Shown here: in pieces, positions 19,670 through 27,686 of the stretch
Layout: each line of letters opens with the position of its first letter
Position numbering within the stretch: position 1 is the stretch's first letter
Assembly: GCA_965197905.1 (NCBI GenBank)
Contig: CBDAOB010000005.1
Coordinates: forward strand, 512,001 to 576,000
Origin: Candidatus Latescibacterota bacterium
GTDB lineage: Bacteria > Latescibacterota > UBA2968 > UBA8231
Reading direction: 5' to 3'
Length of the DNA: 64,000 bases
Made by a program: the position numbers and the translations under genes
Notes under the pieces: generated by a model
The model's database searches: none
Told to the model about the DNA's origin: nothing
Seen by the model: only the letters and a program-made list of their open reading frames with translations

Positions 19670-20905
19670 GTGTCTAAGTTGGCCATACTGGGGGGCGTTC
19701 CCGTGCGCACGGCGGAATGGCCGCGTTACCCCGTTCTAGGTGGCGAAGAGGAGGAGGCGGTGCTGGCCGTGGTAAGGAGCAACGACCTATCGTCCCAGAT
19801 GGGCGACACGGTGCAGCGCTTCGAAAACGAATTCGCCACGTATACCGGCGCCTCCCACGCAGTGGCTACCAGCAGCGGCACAACGGCTCTGCACACTGCG
19901 CTCGTCGCAGCGGGTATCGGCGTCGGTGACGACGTCATCGTGCCGCCGTACACCTTCTTCTCCACCGCCACGAGTGTACTCATGCAGAACGCAATTCCCA
20001 TATTCGCAGACATCGAAACCGATAGCCTCGGGTTGGATCCGACTGCAGTGGAGCGGAGAATAACCGACCGCACGCGGGCATTGATGGTCGTTCATATGAA
20101 CGGCTATCCGGCAGACTTGGACGGTCTGATGTCGGTGGCACAGCGTCACGAGCTGGTCGTGATCGAAGATTGTTCCCACGCCCATGGAGCAACACATCGG
20201 GGCCGACATGTGGGCACCATAGGACACATGGGTGTGTTCAGCTTCCAGCAGAAGAAGAACCTGTCGCTGGGTGAAGGGGGTATGCTCATCACCAACGACG
20301 CCGAGCTCGCGGACAAAGCCCGCGCCATCTACAGTTTCGGCAAGGTGCCGCTGGCCTACAACTACCGCATGCCGGAGCTGCACGGAGCCATTGGCAGCGT
20401 GCGGCTCAAACGCCTGGATGCGGAAAACGAGAAACGCAACCGCTACGCCCGCTACCTCGACGAGGAGTTTGCCCGCATTCCCTGGATAGAACCTCAAAAG
20501 GTGCGGCCCGACGCGCGGGCGGCGTATTACAACTACGTGCTGCATTACCATCAGGAGAGGATGGGCCTGGAGCGCGACCGGTTCGTGGCGGCGGTCCAGG
20601 CGGAGGGGATCCCGGTGCCGCAGCTCTACGATCCGGTCTACCGCCACCATACCTTCCAGGTCCGGGACCCGTACGGTCAGGGGTTTCCATTCGAGTCTCC
20701 GTTCTACGCGGCGACGCCCGGCCGCGAGCCGAGCTACGAGGACGGATCCTGTCCGGTAGCGGAGGATTACTGCAGCAGACGCAACATCGAACTGAAGATC
20801 CACCCCACCGCCGATGCCGAAGATATCGCACAGATAGCCGCCGCTTTTCACAAGGTGGCGGATCAGGTGGAGCAGCTCAAGGCCGCCGCGGCAGCCCTTT
20901 CCTGA
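19670..20905 (+). CDS. DegT/DnrJ/EryC1/StrS family PLP-dependent aminotransferase
   Basis: 411 aa; SSGTTALH, VPPYTFFST, IEDCSHAHG, FSFQQKKNLSLGEGG (PLP lysine region), NYRMPELHGAIG. Confidence 0.92.
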   Translation: MSKLAILGGVPVRTAEWPRYPVLGGEEEEAVLAVVRSNDLSSQMGDTVQRFENEFATYTGASHAVATSSGTTALHTALVAAGIGVGDDVIVPPYTFFSTATSVLMQNAIPIFADIETDSLGLDPTAVERRITDRTRALMVVHMNGYPADLDGLMSVAQRHELVVIEDCSHAHGATHRGRHVGTIGHMGVFSFQQKKNLSLGEGGMLITNDAELADKARAIYSFGKVPLAYNYRMPELHGAIGSVRLKRLDAENEKRNRYARYLDEEFARIPWIEPQKVRPDARAAYYNYVLHYHQERMGLERDRFVAAVQAEGIPVPQLYDPVYRHHTFQVRDPYGQGFPFESPFYAATPGREPSYEDGSCPVAEDYCSRRNIELKIHPTADAEDIAQIAAAFHKVADQVEQLKAAAAALS

Positions 20906-20916
20906 CGGAGGTTTTC

Positions 20917-21726
20917 ATGTTTGCCATCGACGTGCACGGGCATTACGGCACCCACAATCCCAGGGGACGCACAGGGCTTGAAACCGAGATGCGCAGCGCC
21001 TCCATCGAAGAGGTGCGGGAGCGGGCGCAGCAGGTGGATATCTGTTTGACGGTCGTTTCGCCGTTGCAGGCCTTGCACCCGTATGGGGGCGACGTAACTC
21101 GCGCCAACGAGGATGCCCGCGAGAAGGCGGAGCGCTACCCTGACATTCGGTTCTGGGCGGTGCTCGATCCTTGCCGCCAACCCACCTTCAAGCAGGTGGA
21201 GCAGCTGCTCGATCACGGTCGCTGCAAGGGGATCAAGATTCACCCTGTAAACCACGAGTACGAGATCCGCGACCGGGGCGAGGCCATTTTCGAGTTCGCC
21301 GCTGCCCACCAGGCGCTGGTGCTCACGCACAGTGGCTGCCCCGGGAGTTACCCCGAGGATTTCGTGCCCTTCATCGAGAAACACCCCGAAAAAACAACCC
21401 TCATTCTTGCCCATCTCGGCAACAGCGCGGATGGGCACCTCGGCCGCCAGGTCTACGCCATTCAACATGCCGCTACCGACAATCTCTTCGTCGATACCTC
21501 CTCCGTTAAATCGATGACGCCGCGGCTGGTGGAGTGGGCCGTGGAACAGCTCGGCGTGGACAAGATCCTCTTCGGCACCGACACACCGGTCTACGTTGCC
21601 TCCAGCCAGAAAGCCCGCATCGAGTACGCCGACCTCGCCGAAGACGAAAAACGCGCGATCCTGTTCGACAACGCCGTCAGGTTGCTTGGCGAGATGCCGG
21701 CAGCCGCGGCGGACGCGGCGGGCTGA
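20917..21726 (+). CDS. Amidohydrolase_2 family metal-dependent hydrolase
   Basis: 269 aa; IDVHGH, GIKIHP, THSG, LAHLG, ILFGTDTP; GGAGG RBS upstream. Confidence 0.88.
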   Translation: MFAIDVHGHYGTHNPRGRTGLETEMRSASIEEVRERAQQVDICLTVVSPLQALHPYGGDVTRANEDAREKAERYPDIRFWAVLDPCRQPTFKQVEQLLDHGRCKGIKIHPVNHEYEIRDRGEAIFEFAAAHQALVLTHSGCPGSYPEDFVPFIEKHPEKTTLILAHLGNSADGHLGRQVYAIQHAATDNLFVDTSSVKSMTPRLVEWAVEQLGVDKILFGTDTPVYVASSQKARIEYADLAEDEKRAILFDNAVRLLGEMPAAAADAAG

Positions 21727-21773
21727 GCTCGTTTCCCGGCGTCGAGCTCCTGCATTCGCAATCGAAAGGAAAA

Positions 21774-22640
21774 ATGATGAACGAAAAACTGCGCTTGTTA
21801 GTCGTCGGCGCCCATCCCGCCGACATATTCGACCAATCGGGTGGCACCATGGCCCATCACACCAGCCGTGGTGACTACGTGGGCTGCGTCGTCTTGACCC
21901 ACGGGGCACGGGTGCATGACGAGGTGATGAGCGACAGGATGTTTCACCAGGACGAGGTGCCAGATGCGGACGAACTGAAGAATCTCATGGAGGAGCGGGC
22001 CGATGTGAAAACCAAGGAGGTGCGCAAGGCATGTCAGATCCTGGGTGTGGAAGACCTCTATTTCTTCGGTGCCGACGACGCGGTTCTACTGGTTACCGAG
22101 GAGAATGTTCGCCGTTTGGCACGGCTGCTCCGCGAGCTCAAGCCCGACATCGTCATCACCCAGTTCCCCAAGGAGATGGACGGCCTCGCCAACCCCCACG
22201 CCATTACCGGTCAGATCGTCTTGCATGCCCTGACGCTCGCGTGCGGCGTCGATCCCGGGGATCGCCATCCTCCACATCGGGTAGCCCAGGTTTTCTACAT
22301 GGGCAGTGGCGCAGCCGCCATTCCGAGAATGGTTTGGGATGCCGAGGGGGGCTATTACAATGACGTGTTTATCGACATAACGGACGTAATCGAGAAGAAG
22401 CTGGCGGCGATGGATTGTCTGGTCAGCCAGGGGTACGCTGGCGCCTACGTGCGCAAGCGGATCGAGACCAGCGACGGCGCGTTCGGGATGTACGGGAATT
22501 GTGCTTACGCAGAGGGTTACATCAAGCAAAGCGCCGAAACCCACTACTACCTGCCGTTGACGGAAAATGCCTTCCAGGCCACCCGCATGTCAGATCACGA
22601 ACTCATCGCCAAGAAGTCGTATCGGGTGCCCATCGAATAA
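21774..22640 (+). CDS. PIG-L/LmbE family deacetylase-like protein
   Basis: ATG 21774 follows AAGGA. LLVVGAHPAD, LTHG, E-x-x-x-AC..LGV, KPDIVIT, FIDITDVIEKKLAAM, YAEGY. Confidence 0.85.
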   Translation: MMNEKLRLLVVGAHPADIFDQSGGTMAHHTSRGDYVGCVVLTHGARVHDEVMSDRMFHQDEVPDADELKNLMEERADVKTKEVRKACQILGVEDLYFFGADDAVLLVTEENVRRLARLLRELKPDIVITQFPKEMDGLANPHAITGQIVLHALTLACGVDPGDRHPPHRVAQVFYMGSGAAAIPRMVWDAEGGYYNDVFIDITDVIEKKLAAMDCLVSQGYAGAYVRKRIETSDGAFGMYGNCAYAEGYIKQSAETHYYLPLTENAFQATRMSDHELIAKKSYRVPIE

Positions 22641-22653
22641 CGAGGAACAGACC

Positions 22654-23664
22654 ATGAGACAGGCGATTCTTCACGGACCCCGCGACCTGCGCGTGCAAGA
22701 GATGGAGCTGGACACAGACCATCTGGAGCCGGATCAGCTTTGGGTGGAGGTCGAGGTGAGCGCGCTTTCCACCGGAACCGATCGCGGCAACTACGAAGGT
22801 GCCGAGCAGATTCCAGGCGCGCCAGGTTATCCGCGATGGGTTGGCTACAGCAACGTCGGTACCGTCCGCAAGGTTGGATCTGCGGTTCAGCGTTTCGGCC
22901 CCGGCGATCGGGTGTTTTCCACCACCTCCCACGCCTCCGATTACATCGGTCAAGAGTGGGATCTCATAGCCAAGGTCCCCGATGGGGTCTCCTCCGAGGA
23001 AGCCGCAATGGCGATGCTCTACTTCATGGGTTTCCACTCCCTCCAGAGGGGTCATTTCGAGGCAGGAGAGGTGGTGGCGGTCATCGGACTCGGCATCCTG
23101 GGGCTGACCTCCGTCGAGCTGACCCGCGCTTGGGGTGGACGAGTTATCGCCCTCGGCAATGACGCGGCGCGGCTTCAACGAGCCCAGGAGGTTGGTGCCC
23201 ACCTCTGTCTGCGCTCGGACGACGATGCTCTCGAGCAGAAGCTGGAGGAGTTCACCAACGGCATCGGGGTGGATTTGGTGGTCCTCGCGGCCAATCCCTG
23301 GCCGGCGTATCGGGTCGGCGTGGATATCCTGCGGGAAAACGGCCGCATGGCTGTTCTCAGCCTCCCTGGCCGCGGTGAAGAGGCACTGGATTTCAATCCA
23401 TTGGCGCTCGAGTGGTTCTATGGCAAGGCGCTGACCATCATCGCGGTAAACGGTCAGGCTCCCTATCGCTACCCGATCGAGGAGGAGCGTTTCTCCCTGC
23501 TGCGGAGCTGCGAACAGATTCTCGCCATGATGCAGGACGAGTCGCTGCAGCCGGGCAGGTTGATCACCCATCGGTTGCCACCCGAGCGCATGACCGAGGC
23601 GTATGAGATGGCGTATCGCAGAGAGAAATCGATGGTAGGGGTGGTTTTCGAGTGGCAAAAATAA
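22654..23664 (+). CDS. MDR (zinc-binding alcohol dehydrogenase superfamily) oxidoreductase
   Basis: ATG 22654 follows GAGGA. GroES-like N-terminus (STGTD, VGYSNVG), Rossmann VIGLGILG, LITHR near the C-terminus. Confidence 0.88.
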   Translation: MRQAILHGPRDLRVQEMELDTDHLEPDQLWVEVEVSALSTGTDRGNYEGAEQIPGAPGYPRWVGYSNVGTVRKVGSAVQRFGPGDRVFSTTSHASDYIGQEWDLIAKVPDGVSSEEAAMAMLYFMGFHSLQRGHFEAGEVVAVIGLGILGLTSVELTRAWGGRVIALGNDAARLQRAQEVGAHLCLRSDDDALEQKLEEFTNGIGVDLVVLAANPWPAYRVGVDILRENGRMAVLSLPGRGEEALDFNPLALEWFYGKALTIIAVNGQAPYRYPIEEERFSLLRSCEQILAMMQDESLQPGRLITHRLPPERMTEAYEMAYRREKSMVGVVFEWQK

Positions 23665-23739
23665 TGAGGCAACCACCCCTATTCCGGAATCGGCTATTAG
23701 GTTCGTTTTTTCAGCTTCGCACCTGAACGGGAGACACCC

Positions 23740-24399
23740 ATGATCGACCTCAGCAATTATCGCATTATCGACCTCTCATACGAACTGATCCCCGGCGAGC
23801 TCAAGATCGACGGTACCTACACCCATGGCACCACCTGGGTCGACCGGCCGATCGAGGTCCAGGAATTCATGGCGTACGGCGCGCGCATGCACTTTATCCA
23901 GGCGCAAACCCATTTGGGGACCCACTGCGAAGCAGCGTACAAATATCTCGACGACGGTCCCGACGCAGCTGGCATGCCGCTGGAAGCGTTTCTGGGTGAA
24001 GCGGTGTTCTGCGACTTCTCCGATCGCAAAGGGGGTGAGGCCATCACCGCCGAGGATTTCGACAGGGAGGGAGTAAAGGCGGGGGATGGCGTGCTGATTC
24101 GCACGGACGCGGAGCTGCGCGGCGATCTACCCCACATGACCAATGAATCCATCGATTGGCTCATCAAAACCGGGATCAAGTTGCTCGCCTCGGGGGGCAA
24201 TCTGTTATACGGAGCGACCTATCCAGACCATCTCGACGCAGAGCGAAAACTGCTCGAGCGCGGCATACCCACCATCGACGCGCTCTACAACCTGGCGGAG
24301 ATCCGCAAGAAGAGGGTGTTCTTCATCGCACTCCCGGTGAAGATGCAGCGCGTCACCGCCTCGTGGACCCGGGCGATCGCACTCGAAGATAAGGACTGA
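23740..24399 (+). CDS. Cyclase family (kynurenine formamidase-like) metal hydrolase
   Basis: 219 aa; IIDLS, THLGTHCEA (HxGTHxD-like), FIALPVK, TRAIA. Confidence 0.85.
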   Translation: MIDLSNYRIIDLSYELIPGELKIDGTYTHGTTWVDRPIEVQEFMAYGARMHFIQAQTHLGTHCEAAYKYLDDGPDAAGMPLEAFLGEAVFCDFSDRKGGEAITAEDFDREGVKAGDGVLIRTDAELRGDLPHMTNESIDWLIKTGIKLLASGGNLLYGATYPDHLDAERKLLERGIPTIDALYNLAEIRKKRVFFIALPVKMQRVTASWTRAIALEDKD

Positions 24400-24407
24400 G
24401 CGAGCCC

Positions 24408-26138
24408 ATGCTTCGCTGGGTGGCTTTTGTCGGGTTTCTATCTCTGGTGGGCGGCACCGAAGCAGAGGAGATCCAACCACACTTCGTGGATGTCACGACC
24501 GAGGCCGGTCTGGCGTTTCGCAACTGGTACGGCGACAGTTTCGCCAAAACCTTGTTGGAGACCACCGGGACCGGAGCCGCATTCTGCGACTTCGACGACG
24601 ACGGCGATCTCGATGTCTACCTGGTGAACGGCCCTGTGGGATTCGATCATCCTCGCATCAAACCCCTGCCCCACGACCAGGTCCCCCCGGCAAACGGTTC
24701 GGTACCGCGCAATGGCCTGTTTCGGAATAACGGCGACGGCACCTTCACCGAGGCGACGGAGGCGGCCGGCGTCGGCCACAGCGGATGGGGCGGAGGATGC
24801 GTCTGCGGCGACTACGACAACGATGGCGATCGGGATCTGTTCATCAGCTACTGGGGGCCAAACGTCCTTTATCGCAACGAGGGCAACGGCACCTTTACAG
24901 ACGTCTCGGCGGCCGCCGGGGTAGATGACGAGCGTTACGGCTTGGGCGCGGCATTCGGAGACTATGACCAAGACGGTCTGCTTGATTTGTTCGTGACCAA
25001 CTACACCGAATTTTCGCCGGAGACCGCGGTGCTGCCGGGAGAGCGCAAAGGAACCATCTATGGGGCGATGCGGGGCGTACCCTCCATGGCGCCTCCGGAA
25101 GCCCATGAGCCGGAGGAGGACATCCTGTACCGCAATCGCGGCGATGGGACCTTCGAGGACGTCAGCAGCAAGGTCGGTGTTCGGGCAGGCGTGCCCCAGA
25201 GGGGGATGGGTGTGGTGTTCTGGGACATGGACGACGATGGCGACCAGGACATATTCGTAGCTAATGACGCCGGCCCCAACAATCTGTATGTCAACGATGG
25301 CAAGGGTGCGTTTTCAGACCGGGCCGCTGCTCTGGAGGTTGCCCACGACATCGACGGGGTCAACGAGGGAAGCATGGGTGTGTCCCCTGCGGATTTCGAC
25401 CGCGACGGGCGGCTGGACCTGGTGGTGACCAACTATGAGGCTCAGACGACAACGGTGCACGGCAATCGAGGCGATTACTTCGCCGATCTCTCCTACGACC
25501 GTGGAATCGCCGCCCCCACTATCATGCCGGTCCAGTGGGGGGTCGTCGCCTTTGACTACGACCTGGACGGCGACGAGGATCTCTATGTCGCCAGCGGTCA
25601 CCTCTCAACCGCCCTGGACAACGAGTACCCGCAGTCCAGCTTCGCCCAGCGCAATCAGCTTTTTCGCAACGACGGCGACCGGTTCGCCGACGTCACCAGC
25701 CGCGCCGGCCCGGGATTGCTGCAGGTGCGTTCGAGTCGCGGTTTGGCGGCCGGGGACTACGACGGAGACGGAGACGAAGATCTGCTGGTGGTCAACAAGA
25801 ATGACCTTCCCAGCTTACTGCGGAACGACACCAGGAGCGGTCACCACTGGTTGGCGTTGCGTGCGGAGGGGTCGACGAGCAATCGGGACGGCATCGGGGC
25901 GCGCGTCCGGGTGGTGACCGGCGATCGGGTCCAGATCCGCGAGGTCCGCGCCGGAGCCAGCTATCTCTCCCACAATAGCTTGTGGCTCACCTTCGGACTT
26001 GGAGAAAGCACCGGCGCCGACTCGATCGTGGTTCGCTGGCCCAGTGGAGTGGTGCAGCGTTTCGCCCAGGTGTCCGCCGATCGAATGTGGCACGTAGGAG
26101 AAGCGGCCGCCGCGCCCGCGGAGGTCCGCGCTCGCTGA
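24408..26138 (+). CDS. Secreted CRTAC1-family protein (FG-GAP/VCBS repeats + ASPIC/UnbV domain)
   Basis: 576 aa, signal peptide. Repeated DFDDDGDLD/DYDNDGDRD and N.LYRN.G.GTF.DV motifs. C-terminal SNRDGIGARV...SYLS...FGLG...VRWPSG. Confidence 0.92.
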   Translation: MLRWVAFVGFLSLVGGTEAEEIQPHFVDVTTEAGLAFRNWYGDSFAKTLLETTGTGAAFCDFDDDGDLDVYLVNGPVGFDHPRIKPLPHDQVPPANGSVPRNGLFRNNGDGTFTEATEAAGVGHSGWGGGCVCGDYDNDGDRDLFISYWGPNVLYRNEGNGTFTDVSAAAGVDDERYGLGAAFGDYDQDGLLDLFVTNYTEFSPETAVLPGERKGTIYGAMRGVPSMAPPEAHEPEEDILYRNRGDGTFEDVSSKVGVRAGVPQRGMGVVFWDMDDDGDQDIFVANDAGPNNLYVNDGKGAFSDRAAALEVAHDIDGVNEGSMGVSPADFDRDGRLDLVVTNYEAQTTTVHGNRGDYFADLSYDRGIAAPTIMPVQWGVVAFDYDLDGDEDLYVASGHLSTALDNEYPQSSFAQRNQLFRNDGDRFADVTSRAGPGLLQVRSSRGLAAGDYDGDGDEDLLVVNKNDLPSLLRNDTRSGHHWLALRAEGSTSNRDGIGARVRVVTGDRVQIREVRAGASYLSHNSLWLTFGLGESTGADSIVVRWPSGVVQRFAQVSADRMWHVGEAAAAPAEVRAR

Positions 26139-26186
26139 TCGGCATTCGAGCAGATCAGGGTTACCTACCGGGTCGGCGCCCGAGCA

Positions 26187-27293
26187 TTACGGGGTTTCAC
26201 CCATAGCGCGCAGTATCTTGCGGGAGATCCGGACCAGGTGATCGTCGTCGCCGGATTGAACGATCGTTCGATACTGTTCAATCGCTTCGGCGTTTTTGCC
26301 TGCATCTCTGAGCAACGTGGCCAAACCGAATCGGGGACTGGCAAAATCCGAGGCGTGGAGGATGGCCAATCGGTATTCCACCATCGCCTCCTCTGTACTG
26401 CCTTCTTCCGTCAGCAACACGGCCAAGCTGTTGTGTGCCCGGCTGTGATCGGGGGCAAGGCGGATGGCCTGACGAAGAGCACGGGCGGCGGCGCTCACAT
26501 CTCCGGCCATCTTGAGGGTGTTTGCCATGTTGTATAAGGCGTTGGCATGCTGCGGGCGAAGGCTCAGAACGGCACGATATTCAGCAATCGCTTCTTCGAG
26601 TTCCGACCGGTCCCGCAGGGCATGGGCTAGCTGATAGTGGGCGTTCACGTGACTGGGATCTAGCTCGATCGCCTTGCGCAGTGCCGCAAGCGCTTCTTCG
26701 AGATGTAGCTTCCGTCTCAACGCCGACCCAAGGTTGGCGTGGGTATTGGCGTTGGCCGCCCCGCTCCCAATGCCTCGACGATATAGGGCGATGGCGCTGT
26801 CTGCCCTTTCCGTCTCGCTAAACAACCCGCCCAGATTGTTGTACGCCCTGGCTTTCTCGGGCTCGAGCTCGGTGCTGCGCCTGAACGCTTCCTCGGCGCC
26901 CGGCAGGTCGCCCAACCTCTTGAGGGCGTGTCCCAGATTGTACTGAGCGTCGCCGTGTGTGGGGTCCAGCTCGAGGGTCTTGCGGTAGGCCTCCACAGCG
27001 GGTCGAAGCTCCCCGCGCTGGTAGTAGAGCGACCCAAGACTGTAGAATGCCGGCGCGTAGCGGGGATCGATCCGCGTCGCGTGGCGAAAGGACCGCAGGG
27101 CTCCGGCCTTGTCGCCGCGACTGAATCGGGCCGTACCGTCCTCCACGTAATGAGCTGCCGTCTGGAGATCGAAGCGCGGTCCTGGCTCGGTTGCCGGACC
27201 GGTTTCGGGGGCTTCTCCGCAGCAGACAAAAAACACGGTACAGCTGCTGGCGATCGCCCCAAAAACTGCTATAAGATTATTTTTTTCAAACAC
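26187..27293 (-). CDS. Tetratricopeptide repeat protein, possibly exported or a lipoprotein
   Basis: 368 aa with many 34-aa TPR units (AFYSLGSLY, AQYNLGHAL, AYNNLGGLF, THANLGSAL, AHYQLAHAL, ALYNMANTL, AHNSLAVLL). Hydrophobic N-terminus ends in CCG. Confidence 0.9.
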   Translation of the reverse strand: MFEKNNLIAVFGAIASSCTVFFVCCGEAPETGPATEPGPRFDLQTAAHYVEDGTARFSRGDKAGALRSFRHATRIDPRYAPAFYSLGSLYYQRGELRPAVEAYRKTLELDPTHGDAQYNLGHALKRLGDLPGAEEAFRRSTELEPEKARAYNNLGGLFSETERADSAIALYRRGIGSGAANANTHANLGSALRRKLHLEEALAALRKAIELDPSHVNAHYQLAHALRDRSELEEAIAEYRAVLSLRPQHANALYNMANTLKMAGDVSAAARALRQAIRLAPDHSRAHNSLAVLLTEEGSTEEAMVEYRLAILHASDFASPRFGLATLLRDAGKNAEAIEQYRTIVQSGDDDHLVRISRKILRAMGETP

Positions 27294-27498
27294 TTATGAG
27301 ATCTTTCGTGAAGCGATGAATACAGCTTCGGCGCTCCCGGGCGGCGGATCTGGTTTAGAATAGGGGAATCCTGCCAATGTTCCAGGGGTCTGAAACGCTT
27401 TTCCGCCAGGATCTGCCGACTTCGATGACTCTTGCAACCCCAAGTCCTGGTTTGAGGTTAGAGCGGGACGGCAACTCGCTCTCACCTTAAAAATATAT

Positions 27499-27527
27499 TT
27501 GACTTTCGACTCCTCCATTCTTACAAT
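27499..27527 (+). promoter_or_regulatory. Near-consensus sigma70 promoter with AT-rich upstream (UP-like) tract
   Basis: TTGACT (27499-27504), 17-nt spacer, TACAAT (27522-27527), preceded by AAAAATATAT in a GC-rich genome. Confidence 0.75.
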
Positions 27528-27686
27528 CTTCACAGATATACTTTTAGTTTTTCAGGCGCAAACATATACAACCTGATGGAAGGAGGTGAAAAAGCAAAGA
27601 GATTGAACGACGAGTTTTTGTTTGAAACGCCTGAACTTTAAATTCGCGTGGTTAAGTCGCACGTACCTTATGGAGGAAACCACAGC

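Noticed and set aside
22603..23676. 357-aa antisense ORF over the MDR dehydrogenase (likewise 19787..20851, 33086..34111, 36186..37382, 47741..48778, 51502..52530)
   Set aside because: Each mirrors a well-supported gene on the other strand and has no independent coding signal.
24580..25800. Repeated gac-tac-gac...ggc-gac DNA motifs resembling a repeat array
   Set aside because: These are coding FG-GAP repeats of the CRTAC1 protein, with no CRISPR-like repeat-spacer periodicity.
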